Source of the DNA: Felis catus
Taxonomy: Eukaryota
Assembly (NCBI RefSeq): GCF_018350175.1
Contig: NC_058368.1
Span: forward strand, 166,596,001 to 166,660,000
DNA length: 64,000 bases
Direction: 5' to 3'
In this document: positions 52,036 to 64,000 of the stretch, piece after piece
How positions within the stretch are numbered: position 1 is the stretch's first letter
Layout: each line of letters opens with the position of its first letter
The notes under the pieces: generated by a model
What the model was told of the DNA's origin: nothing
The model's input: the letters and a program-made list of their open reading frames with translations, nothing else
Database searches by the model: none
Translations under genes and position numbers: made by a program

Positions 52036-52670
52036 CATGTAGCAATGACATGGATGGAACTAAAGAGTATAATGCTAAGTGAAATAAGTTGGTCAGAGAA
52101 AGACAAATACCATATGATTTCATTCATGAGTGGAATTTAAGAAATGAAACAATGAACAAAATAGGAAGAGAGTGAGAGACAAGCCAAGAAACAGACTCTT
52201 AACTATAGAGAATAAACTGATGGTTACCAGAGGGAAGGGGGGGGGGGATGGGTGAAAAAGGTGATGGGGATTAAAGAGTGCACTTGTCATCGGGAGCCTG
52301 GCTGGCCCAGTCAGTTAAGTGTCCAACTTCGGCTCGGCTCATGATCTTGTGGTTCGTGAGTTTGAGTCCATGCCTTCGTGAGTTCCTAGCTCAGAACCTG
52401 GAGCCTGCTTTGGATTCTGTGTCTTCCTCTTTCTTTGCCCTACCCCACTTGTGCTCTGTCTCTCAAAAATGAATAAATCTTAAAAAAATAAAAATAAAAA
52501 AGGAGTGCACTTGACATGACCTTGGGTGACGGAATTGTTGAATCTCTATATTGTATACCTGAAAATAATATAATATTATATGTTACCAACTGGAATTAAT
52601 ATAAAAATAAATAAATATAATTTTTAAAAGTTTACACCAAAAATAAACAAACTGTAAAACAAAAACAAAA
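52036..52670 (+). mobile_element. Carnivore L1 3' end with nested SINE
   Basis: gcaatgacatggatggaactaaagagtataatgctaagtgaaataag..., a G-rich tract and an A-tail. Confidence 0.88.
52291..52500 (+). mobile_element. Can-SINE nested in L1 3' UTR
   Basis: TSD a(a/g)gagtgcacttg(t/a)cat at 52274-52290 and 52501-52517. Confidence 0.92.
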
Positions 52671-53858
52671 ACCTCACCATAGAAATGATGTACCTACTCA
52701 TGGGACACAGACATGCTGCATTTATGTAGCCATCCTCAGACATAGGAATACTTCAAATCTCAGCAAATGTAGTAGAAGATAGCATGGCCTAAGCAGAGGT
52801 ATATGACATCAATGAGTGAAAAGCAATTGATAGTAAATTTACTTGGCCATAAATTATGTGAAATTATATTAAGAATTATTCCCACTAATTGCTTTAAATT
52901 AATTATAAAATTGCCCCCAACATTGGATTTATAAAGCTATCATTTGGATTGCTCAATCTTCTATAAAATTCAGTCTTCACTTAACTCCATATAAATTACA
53001 AACTTTTGTAGTCACACACTGTTCTTTTCAAGAATATTTTAAATAATGATTTTAATAATATTTTACTCATATTTGTATGACCAACGCTATTGATTGTGAT
53101 ACATATCCAATAATAAATCAGAGATCTGAGTCAGAGGACGAAACAGTTCACATTAATTAATGCAGTGAAATTTAATTTTCCTTTTTTGGTGAGAGAATAC
53201 AGAAGCCCAAAAATAAAAAGAAAAAGTGGTATTAAGTGATAGAGTCATTCAGTGCTGATATTAAGCATCCAGTCTACCTGTAATAATTACTGAATCATTC
53301 TCATTGAAAAAGTTAACTACACAAAGCCTCTATTTCAAGACACTAGGCTGAGCAAATATGTATTTCTTTCATCCTTCTAAGACCCTTCAAAAATATGAAA
53401 AAGGAAATCCCTTCCCTTGCAAAAATACCATAAGAAGCTGGAATATTTAAATATATTTTTAGATGATGGAGAGAGGATGGACACACAAATGACATATTAA
53501 AAGAACAGAGAGAGAATAATTAACAGATAAACCAAGGAGAGACCCAAAGTGGAATAATTAGATTTGTTGAGGAGACTAAGAAGATTGGTGGAAATGTATT
53601 TCAAGAAATTTCAGGGAAAAGTATATGTTTTTTTACAAGTTAAAAAATCCATTTGAACATTAAACATCCTAAGATACAACGTATTCCATTTGTCATCCTT
53701 AGATTATGTTTCAAAAGTTATTAAATTTTACTTTAACTGTAATTATAGAGAATTTAGTAGAACACGTGATCTAAACAATGATTAATAGCAAAGTTCTTTT
53801 GAGATTTGGGGTATTAACTATGAAATGATGTAGCATGCTGTTTAGGAACACACATTAT

Positions 53859-54097
53859 GGAGAGTCTGGATGACTCAGTCGGTTGAGCATCTGACTCTTG
53901 GTCTTCGCTCAGGTTATGATCTCAGGGTTCATGGGGTTGAGCCCTGTGTCGGGCTCTGTGCTGACAGCACAGAGGCTGCTTGGAATTCTGTCTCTCCCTC
54001 TCTCTGCCCCTCCCTTGCTCTTGCTCTCGCTCGCTCGCTCTCTCTTTCTCTCTCTGCCTCAAAATAAATAAATAAACTTAAAAAAAAAAAAAAGAAA
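53859..54097 (+). mobile_element. Can-SINE inserted in a MIR remnant (~53830-54330)
   Basis: SINE body with TSD-like aggaa....cattatgga. MIR core ggttcaaatc...aagtgacttaac...agcctcag follows. Confidence 0.88.
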
Positions 54098-56718
54098 GAG
54101 GAATGTGCATTATGGAACCAGATAGACATAGGTTCAAATCTTGCCCTCCTACTCAATAGCTAAGGATTACTGGGAAAGTGACTTAACGTACAAAGCCTCA
54201 GCTTCTTTGTCTGAGAAGCAGAGATGAGGACAGTACCTACTTGAGAGTATCTGCCACATAGAAAAGATAAACCCAAGTAAAGCCTCTGGTTAAAATGGCA
54301 TTTGGCACATTCAATAAGTGTTAGCTTTTTGTTATCATCTATGATTTACACAAAGGGTCAATATTTCTTCCTTTCTCCCCCCCCCCCATATTAACTAATG
54401 TAGCAATACAGCTGTACATAAATCTGATTCTTCACTTCACATTCTGACTGAGCAGACAAATGTCTGCCTCCCAGGAATAAATGGAAGAAATACTTTCCCA
54501 ATCCTAGCTGCACATATGTACTCTTGTTCTTAATTTGCTATAAAGTGTATACATAGAAAACAAGAAAACGATGGTTAAGAATAAGAAAATCAAATCAGAT
54601 GATTTAAGGTTGCAGCTGGAATTTCATAGACCAAAAGGAGTTCAGAAAGAAGAGCTATGTTTAGATTATTTTATATAATTTTGCCTTTTCCTGATAAGCA
54701 ATGTACCAGAGAATGAATCCAGATTTGATCCTTTTCCTGACAAAGGGAAGGAGTAAAATCCAGATTAGATGTTATAACCAAGTGTATACAAAGGCCAGAT
54801 GAAGGCACAACAGGGGGATTTCTCTTCCTCATCATTTTATACCTGCAGGCTGTGTCTACAGGTTTTATTTGTTCCATTTCTTATGGACTGCTATATGTAA
54901 AGGCATGAGCCAGAGATATGGTCTCAATGTCTCACCTCAAACAAAAGGACATTATTAACGTTAGACAAAGCCACTTCACCATCACCCTCTGGTTGAAGAT
55001 AATGCTTTATGAGAAGACTGTGTAAACGAAACTTCTCAACAAAGTTGGAAAATTGGAGTTTCTTTAGGGAAAATTTTGGTGTATTCAAATCAAGTCCATA
55101 ATGGCCCCTGGGAAAGACTCAAATAAAAAATTCTGTTAAAAATAGCTGCCATATTTTAATTAATCATCTTTTCTCATTCAAACCATTCCATTCTGGCATG
55201 TAACACATATTATGCTATATGATGAACACTTAAAATTAGTTCACTTATGTAAAGATATAATGAATATATATGTTTCACATTTATAAAATATCCATACTTA
55301 TTTAATTTAATATTAGATGCAAACCACTGAGAACCAATTCCTTGTTTTAAAAAGAAGGTTTTTAAGTGAGATGAACTAGTAAGGTACTGGAAATGCAGGA
55401 GGTGATTGCTGAGAGGTTCCTGAAGTTGCTTTCCATGGAATAAAAAGCCAAAAGAAAATAAACAAACAAATAAGTAAATGCTTAAATAAATGCTAAATAA
55501 ATGTTAAAACAGAAAGAGGATAAAAGAAAAGGGAACAAATCTCAAAAAGCAGAAGTAGAAAAGTATGTGGGATTCTGCTGAGGATATGTGGAAATACAAG
55601 CACATTGGGGCAATAAAAAATAAAAATTAAGCCCATGCCTAGACTATTTGTCAAAAACAGACTTTTATGAGTTAGTCCCCGAGTAGGAGGTCAAGCTATT
55701 ATATACAACCTTATGGCTTGTTATAAACACTTTAAAAAATGAAAATATTTCAAATTATTCTCCATGTGCCATTACAATGTATTTTGACTGCCTTTTCTGG
55801 GTCACACACCTTTCTTAAATGCATGAAACCACAACACCCTCCTTCAAGTTTCCACTTGATTCAACTCTTAGAAAACTTGTCAAACTAAATCCACCTGGGT
55901 TCATTCGCTTCCAGATATTCTTACACCTGTGTGTAACCTGACATGTCAATGGGAGCATATGCATGTCTCTATCATTTATGATCACAGAGATTTATTTATG
56001 CTGGAGCTAACTTCTGTATTACATTGCCCTTGTGGGCAAGAAATATATCTTCTTCTTTTTAACTTCTTATGGCAATACAGTATTGAGCACTTGGTGGACT
56101 ATTAAAATGTATTTTTGCTGTATTTTGGGATAGTCTTATAATACTTGATGAGAATTAAGATTCATAAATGTTTTAGGACTCTAGGGGAGAAAGATGTATT
56201 TCAGAATCATCCTCATTTACAATAAAATAGAGGTCTCAAAAATAGATGATTAACATAAGTATTATATAACAAGTATTTTCCTACCACATAGAAGTAAAGA
56301 TAGAAGGGGATTGTTGAGATACATCAAAAAAAAAAAACTTACATGCATTTCTTCCACTGGTATTATTTACAGATTTGTTCAACAAACATTTATTGAGCAC
56401 CTGTGCTTCACTTGGGACACACTGATGAATAAGTAAAGTTTCTGTCCTACAGGGGCTTACAATTCAATAAGACCAAGAGGGCTATAAGTAAATAATTGGA
56501 CAGATTCAGCAAAAGCATAGATATTCCCACAGTGCTATGGGAACACAGAACAGAAACACATAGTTATGAATTTGTCATTTATCAGAAAAATTTTGAGGAC
56601 CAAATATGTTCAATGGCTTTTGGATAAATAGAGATTCAATAACAAATAAGCATTTAGAGAGTTTGTATTCTGGTGAATGATAATAGCAAGTAAGCTTATG
56701 ATATGTATGATAGAAGAA

Positions 56719-56770
56719 ATGCAGAATTATAGTACCCTATGAGCATGCAGAATTATAGTACCCTATGAGC
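56719..56770. repeat. Perfect 26-bp tandem duplication
   Basis: atgcagaattatagtaccctatgagc twice. Confidence 0.97.
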
Positions 56771-56779
56771 TAAGACAGC

Positions 56780-57000
56780 TTGCCCACATGCAAAGTGTGT
56801 CCCTTTCACTTGCTAAAGTTCAACATAGGATAAATTAGTTAATGTCCCAATACCTCATTTTCTTCAACTCTAAAGTATAGATAATAACCATGCTTAACTT
56901 ACAGCATTATTGTGAGGATTAAATACTTTAATATATGCAAAGCACTTAGAAGAATTTCTGGCATATGTTAAATACTACATGTATTTGATATTGCTATCAT
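56780..57000 (+). mobile_element. MIR remnant
   Basis: cctcattttcttcaactctaaa...ttattgtgaggattaaat...aagcacttagaa. Confidence 0.65.
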
Positions 57001-57355
57001 GCTATGACACCACATTAAAGGGATCAAATTGAGACTTTGATGCTCAGGAAGACTCTGGAAGGGAGTAATATTTATGGTAAAAATGGAAATATCCTAGAGG
57101 ATAGCTGTTGGAAGGTAAGAGGGTGAGGTAAAGGGAGAGAAAAAGAAAACTCAGACTAAAGAATTTTTGCAAACATCTAGAAGTAGAAAAGATCATAGCA
57201 TATGGGAGAAATTATTTTTTGATAATTTTGATATTTTTAGAGGGAGGGTGATACAAAAACTGGAGAGGACTAAAAGTTTGGAGAGAAATAAGAGGCAGAT
57301 ATGAAGTATCTGAAAGAAGTGGTACCAAGCTAAATTTTTAAGAATCGGCAACAAT

Positions 57356-57390
57356 TACACTTGATCTTAGCCAAAAGGCTGAAAAGTGAT
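57356..57390 (-). pseudogene. RNU2: 3'-truncated (tailless) U2 snRNA retropseudogene, nt ~1-35
   Basis: On - it reads ATCACTTTTCAGCCTTTTGGCTAAGATCAAGTGTA versus U2 ATCGCTTCTCGGCCTTTTGGCTAAGATCAAGTGTA (32/35). Flanked by agaatcggcaacaatta (57341-57357) and agaattgtcaataatta (57392-57408). Confidence 0.93.
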
Positions 57391-59569
57391 GAGAATTGTC
57401 AATAATTAAATGGATCAAGACAGCAAGCTCAGAAGGATAGTCTCAGAGGAGAGAGCAATGAGAGGAGACGTAGGAGTTGGGTGACATTGTAGTTTGTTCC
57501 AGGAGCTCCACACACTGGTTTCACCAACATATAAAGTGTGAGAAACGCGGTGAAGGGAGATGAAACTTTATAGTCACATAGGATCAAAGTTTCAGAGAAG
57601 GACTAGAGCAGAGACACTTTTCACTGCCATGAAATGCCTCTTGTGCATTTTCCTGTAAATAATTGGGAACACTGAAGTATTATCCTATGAGTGATAGAGG
57701 ACATTGCAAGGAATTTCAACTGTAAATATGATAGGTAGTTTTGTTTCATTGTGGGGGATGGGTTGAATCCATATGACCTTCCTTATTAGGAGGTTATTGA
57801 AATAATACAGGTAAGAACTGAATGAAGCCTGAATTTAAAGTGGATATAGTAGGTATCAATAAGTGAGAAGAAATATTTAGGATTCATAGTGATGATAGTA
57901 TTGTGGGCTGCAATGTAATGAGGTAACATATGCTTACCAGTTTTCTTTTTTGGGTGATCAGAGGAATATCGTGGAAAAGGATGGAAATATCTTAGATTAA
58001 TTTTGAGCATGATGAATATGATGGTGGTACATTTAAATAATGAGTTATGCAGATAAGTGTCATATAAGCCATCATGAAAGATATCAGGATGTAAAATGTC
58101 AGTGTTCATTTAGCTACCTTTAATATTTTGTGGAAATGATGACAGTGGTTGAGACCACATTTGGTGGGTGTTCAGAGGAAGTAAATACCAATAAGCCAAG
58201 TTTAAAATTTGGGAGTATACTGGTATGTCAGAGAGGGACCTGCAAAGAAGGCCATCAATGAATAGTTCCAGAAGCATTTAGAGACTGGAGAGACAATATT
58301 TATATGGAATTCAAAACACTTCTAAGTGGACACTTCTAAGAAGAATAAACACTAATTAACAGGGTTGAATTAGTTGAAAGGCAGTCAAACAAGAACTTGC
58401 TCTTGACATTGTAGAGGTCATCAGGGACCTTTGAAAGGACAGTGTTTTCGAAATGATGAGAGAGAGAAAAGACCACAGTAGGCTGAGAATTGAATGAAGC
58501 ATGAGTCAGAGAGTCAGTGACTATAGTTACGAAGGATGAAAGATTAATGACAAAGCATTTTTGAAGAAGCCTGGCTATGTTTATTGGGCTAAATTTAGAG
58601 GAAGAGTGAGTAGATAAATAGAAGTTTGAAACTTAATGGTGGCAGAAGAAGAGGAGAGGAATGAAGATGCAGAAAGATGATAGTGGAGACGATGGGATTA
58701 AGAACTACTGTGGAGGCATTGGCTTTGAAAAATAGGAGGAAAAATAATTTGTAATGCTAAAAAGTAGAGTAGAGATGGAAAGGCAGCTTCTACTTTTAAG
58801 ATTCTAAGAGATAGGCATAGCTGGTTCAGCCTCTTTTTCTTCCCCACCTCTTCCTGCCTTGAATATTAATGCAAAACTTAGAGGTGGAGCTGCTCTGTAT
58901 GGCCAAATTGGGCAAATTGTGGGTTATAAGAATGTGGACTGTGGTGTCAATGGGCTGTTGAATCAAGTCCAAGAGACTCCTCTCTCCAAGGTCATAATGA
59001 CTAAAATGAAAAAAAAAAAAACAGCACAGAAGAAAAGTGTTCACCTATGACATTTTATTTCAAGTGTTTCCTTCTTTCTTTTTTTTTTTTGTTACTTATA
59101 GCCACAATAATTCTAATACTCCATTAAAAAATATCTCTGAAAGATAGGAGAGGGAAAATTAAAAAAAAAATGTTGAAGTGTTTTTACGTCAACTGTATTT
59201 AGCTGGTATTCCATAGGAGCACAGAGAGTAGATTTGAGTTTGAGTTGGGTCTTGTTTGGTAGTTATGGAGGAAGGTCAGAACTGTAAGAGTTTTGAAATG
59301 ATGAATCATGCCTGGGCCAAGGTCCAGGACCAAACTGTGAGAGTAAGTGACAAAGTGGAGTAAAGAAAAGTTCCCTGGTATTGAAATGGCCAAATATCTG
59401 AAGATAAGGAGTTGGATGTGTTGTCCATGTGAATGCTGAACAAACCAAGCCCAAAAGCATAAACTGGGGGTTAGAGGAGTATTTTGAACTAGTTTGATTG
59501 TAGTAAGTAATGTATCTTACTTCATGTATTCAGATGCCATTTATCAGAAAATAATTCCCAGGTCTTTAT

Positions 59570-59875
59570 TTCTAGTATTTCCTGTACTTACTTGTCTTCG
59601 ATTTTCCAGAGTTATATATTAAGCCGCCTCATTAATATCTCCATTCAGATAGCATATTGACATATAGAAGTTAAAATGTCCAAAACAGACTCTTTGATTC
59701 ATCTCCCCAAACCTGCTCTATCCTCAGTCTTTTTCATTCCAGAAAAAAGCACACAAATCACCAATATTTTTGAGCCAAAAACTGTGCTCCTTCTAGGTCG
59801 AATCCATTAGTTCATCTTCTGTCTTCAAATATATGTCTCATATCTGTCCTGTTTTCTCCATCCCCACTGTTGCAA
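59570..59875 (+). mobile_element. LINE-2 fragment
   Basis: aatgtccaaaacagactc...ccccaaacctgctc...cctcagtct and ttctccatccccactg. Confidence 0.6.
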
Positions 59876-62054
59876 CCTAATTATAGTTGGCATATAATAT
59901 TAGTTTCATGTGTTCAACATAGTAATTTGGCAATTTTGTACATTATGAAATGCTTACCATGAGAAAGGTAGTTATTATGTGTCACTACACAAAATAATTA
60001 CAATATTAAGAAGGAGGGGTGGTTAGCTCATATCATATCTTTACAGAATACCGTCCATAAATTACTAGACATTTATATAATTTTATACCCAAGACAGAAC
60101 AGAACTAAGAACATTCTGATGAAGAGAGTATATGAACAACCATGCTCAGGCAGAGGAAGTCCACACCAAACAGGATGTCATAAAAAGCACAAAACAAATG
60201 TAGATACTTTATATTTTGGCTGAGCCCCTGTTGGTTCTGTGCAGAATATCAATGCCAGTAATCAAGGTTTATTCCTGACGTATAGTTCTAAACTTTTTTA
60301 AAACAAATCTATCAGGGCTGCAACTACAAAAATTAAAAACGGCAAAGTCTGAACATAGATATCAGGATTATAGTTTATGTTATCTTAGAGTATACATGTG
60401 GAAAACTAAAACAATTTGCAATCTAGTGCAAATCTAGATATTAAAACAATTTATTCTGAAGTTCTTAAGATATTGGTATGTGGATACATTAAATGACCAA
60501 AAATTGTTATGGTTGAGTACTTAAAATGTTTTAATAGCATTAATGAAGATATTTTTTATGTCATAGTAGATTGTTTATGCTATAATAGGAAGCTATTCAA
60601 AGTAGAATACAAAATAACACACACAATATATAATCTACATGTGCAGAGAAAAATACAGCTATTTTATCAGAATTTTAACAATAGATATGTGTGGGTAATA
60701 AAACTGTGGATGGTTATTTTTTTTCTTTAAACCTTGCCATATTACCCAAATGAACATGCGTTATATTTTAAATCAGACGTAATAAATGTTTAATAATGAA
60801 ATTCCCTTGTAAATAAATAAATGCTTCATAATATTAGACAAATGAGAAACATACCACTACTTGCTACAGTATCAGTTCTCCAGAGATTTGTGGTATACTT
60901 TTCAGAGTTTTCATATTTGTAGGGGCAAGAGTTGAAGAGAAATAACTAATTTCTCCATCCCCAAAGCGGCTTTAACTTCAGATCTCAATTCATTGACAAT
61001 CTGGTCAGATCATTTATTATATCACAGTTAGTTGGCCAGAGGCTTCCCTTTGCCAAGGAATTTTGGCAGGCCAACTGTTGCAATGAACAACGCGCTGCAT
61101 TGTATCTTGAAAAGATGGAAACCACCTTGCTTTTCTGTAGCCAAATGTGAGGTCTTAGAAAAACCTCAGCGTGACAAAAATAGTTAATTTTAAAGTTTTC
61201 CATTTATGACAAGTCATTTTTTTAGGTCTTTTATTCTACTTTAGCATTTGATAAATATAAGGAAGACAAAGAAACTCATTTTGGATTTTATCCAACCACA
61301 GTTTTGGGTGGAGAACGCACACTGATTAAAACATTTCAGTAGACATTTTCATCCTGTCCTCTGCTGACCAGCTTGGGAGATAAATGTGGAATTACTATTT
61401 TCATGTCATTTATATTGAGTCATGGATTTTGCACGGCACTATACATTTTAGACATGTTACTGATTTTACTCAATGTATATACATAGTAAAACATATATTA
61501 TTCAAATACATTCAAAATACACCACATAAGCCCCAGGCATATGTTAAACAAGTCAAAACTATATCAAGTCTGAAAAATAATTCTTTAACCAATGGGAAAT
61601 AGTTCATATTTTACTTGATTATACTGCATGCATTGTGCCTGAATATTCAGGATGTACATTTCATGCTGTAAATCTGAGATAAAATAAACATAACACCATA
61701 ATCTCTTGCCAATATCTAAATCTTTCCTCCTTTACAATGCCCAATGCCAGATAAACAATTTGCATTGTAAAATTTATAGATAATTTATAACTTTCAACAA
61801 GATAGTTTTATTTTCAATTACTAGAGAGTCTTATCAGTGCTTTGGATCAATATATCATATGGTTAGAAAACTTAAGTTTTTCAAAATAAATTTTATGTTT
61901 ATACTCATCATTCTGCTTTTTTTCCAACTGAAATAAGCAACTCATTCTTTTTAGGTTTAAGCCTTCAAATCATGCATTCTTCAAACAAAGACCAAAATGG
62001 AAGACGGACCACCAGTAGATTTCATTCTGTCCAAAATGTTCTACTCTAACTACA

Positions 62055-62370
62055 CAATTGATCTTTGAACATAGGGCTTACGGGCACTGACCCTCATGTA
62101 TTTGAAAATCTGTGCACAACTTCTGACTCCCCCCAAACTTAACTATTAATAGCCTACTGTTGCCCGGAAGCCTTATCAATAACATGCACTGTCAATTAAC
62201 ACATATTTTGCATGTTATATGTGTTGTACATTGTATTCTTGTAGTCAGATAAGCTAAAGAAAATATTAAGAAAATCATAAGAGAAAATATATTCACAGTA
62301 CTATACTGTAAAAAATCTGTGTATGAGTTGACCTACACAATTCAAACCCATGTTATTCAGAAGTCAATTG
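62055..62370. mobile_element. Tigger2a-like (TcMar-Tigger) non-autonomous DNA transposon
   Basis: TIRs caattgatctttgaaca and tgttattcagaagtcaattg followed by TA. Internal gactccccc-aaacttaactattaatagcctactgttg. Confidence 0.85.
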
Positions 62371-63086
62371 TAACTAGAAGATTGTGCTCAACTAGAATAT
62401 TTTTAGGAAATTGATATGCAAAGTTTTAATCCAATCTATCTTTCCAACTTCTTCCTCTCTCTACATAGTTATACCTACTTCAAAGTTGATGTCCCCTGAT
62501 GCTTTCATGCAGCTCCCTAGCTTCCCAAAACTAGACTTCTTCCAGCTTACCCCATGATGTTCTTGAGGTAAAGCTTTAATGACATAGACATACAATTTTG
62601 GCAGAGAGAGGGAGGACATACTTGGACATGTCACCTTGGACTGTATTATACCTTCTTTTTACTTAAACGTGTATGTATTTATCTCATCACTTCAAAGAAA
62701 TGCTCTTTGTACCTCCCATGGCAGAAAATGGATACATAGTGTAGGGGGAAAAAAAAAACAAAAAACAAACAAACAAAAGAACCCAAGAGATACCCTTGTT
62801 ACATACTAGGGTTTCTTTGCTTACCAAATCAAAGGTAAAACATATATTTTGTTCAGAATTCTGGAAATAATGCCTCTGTTGCTCTGGTCTAATCCACATA
62901 GTTTCTAAAATTATTTCCAAGTGAAGACAAAAACATTTGGAAGATCAATATGGTGATACTTGCTCAGAACCAGATTTATGGTATCCCTTGAAAGACATGA
63001 TGGTCTGTTAGCATCAATTGCTCAATTATTGGGTAAATTCTATTCTCGGAGGCAGGGTTCAAGTGTTCCTATCAATGGTCAGCCAA

Positions 63087-63418
63087 CAATGGTCAATGGA
63101 AACAAATGGCTAAGAAAACAAATTCATCTTGTCTCATGTTTATGTATAGCCTGTAAGCTGAGAATGTTTTTTAGGTTTTTAAAGGTGTAAAAAACTCAGA
63201 AACAATAGTCCATGACCCATTAGAATGACATGAAATTCAAATTTCAGCATCTAAAAATAATATTTTGATGCAAATGGCTACACTCATTCATTAATGTATA
63301 ATCTGTGCCTTCTTTTATGTTACCATGGCCAAGTTTAGTACTTCTGACAGATGTTATAGCCCACAAAACCTAAAATATTTATATTCTTGCCCTTTACAGA
63401 AAAGTTTGCCAATCCCTG
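63087..63418. mobile_element. MER58B-like hAT-Charlie element
   Basis: gcctgtaagctgagaatg...atgaaattcaaatttcag...cctaaaatattta...tttacagaaaagtttgccaatccctg. Confidence 0.78.
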
Positions 63419-63589
63419 GTTTATGGCATAGCTTTTTCATTACTCACACCTTCCCTCGATTGCCTGGAGAGATTAAGACAACCTGTACAAAATCCCCAAT
63501 GAGACACTACCTTCAGACAAAAATGCCTTTGGATAATTTTTGGAGCAGTGACACACACACACACACCCCACTCCTCCACCTCCATGGCC

Positions 63590-63915
63590 CCAGAGTGACT
63601 TTTTCAGAGCATGGTTCCAAATTTACCTGCTTAAAAGCCTTCAGTGGCCCCACTGCCTTTAGGGTCCATCAAAACTCCCAAGTTTGGATTTAAGACCCAC
63701 CCAAGACAAATATGAGCTAACTTAATATTCCCTTCTACCCCATAACCCAGACTTACCAAAGCCCAATGTGTGCTCTCAAGTCTCTGTGCCTTTGAGTTTC
63801 CTTTCTGTCTAGAATTCTGGTCTTCCCTTTCTCTACCTGGTAAACTCAATACACATCCTTTAAAAAAACAAATCAGATGTTGCCTCTTCTATGAAGTGAT
63901 CTTTCCTGATACTTC
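63590..63915 (+). mobile_element. LINE-2 fragment
   Basis: cctgcttaaaagccttcagtggccccactgc...ctctgtgcctttg...gcctcttctatgaag. Confidence 0.65.
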
Positions 63916-63924
63916 TGATCAGAA

Positions 63925-64000
63925 TCTTTTGGTTAACAGATTTCTGTATGTTGATTTTGTATCCTACAACTTTACTGAATTTGTGTATCAGTTACAGCAG
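63925..64000 (-). mobile_element. L1 ORF2 fragment continuing beyond the window
   Basis: gatttctgtatgttgattttgtatcctacaactttactgaatt matches the RT region seen at ~4855-4905. Confidence 0.75.

Noticed and set aside
24053..54156. ORFs with LSLSLS / ERERER / WVAQSV content (e.g. 24084, 31170, 32981, 34536, 37697, 52278, 53870)
   Set aside because: They are translations of Can-SINE bodies and their (CT)n tracts.
54671..54877. 68-aa minus-strand ORF with a cag|G acceptor-like site
   Set aside because: No matching donor or recognisable protein motif, and it lies far upstream of the inferred start codon.
1..64000. CRISPR arrays, operons, rRNA or true tRNA genes
   Set aside because: This is mammalian DNA. 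The tRNA-like A/B boxes belong to SINEs, and no repeat-spacer periodicity was seen.

Overview
AT-rich, CpG-poor mammalian DNA, almost certainly from a cat-family (Felidae) genome: about 15 felid-type tRNA-derived Can-SINEs, carnivore L1s including one full-length decayed copy, and old L1M, L2, MIR, hAT and Tigger fossils. No intact protein-coding gene is visible; most ORF-track entries are repeat-derived or chance. The main signal is a decayed multi-exon gene on the minus strand from about 38,324 to beyond position 1. About 10-11 exon remnants have GT/AG boundaries with mostly chaining phases. Read through stops and frameshifts, they give a signal-peptide-bearing protein with repeated motifs resembling the VWA/Cache architecture of CACHD1 and CACNA2D (alpha2-delta) proteins. 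It looks like a unitary pseudogene I cannot name, and the family call rests on by-eye comparison with recalled sequences. Other events: a full-length L1 with a 3' transduction nested in a SINE inside a probable former exon, a 5'-inverted L1, and a tailless U2 snRNA retrocopy.
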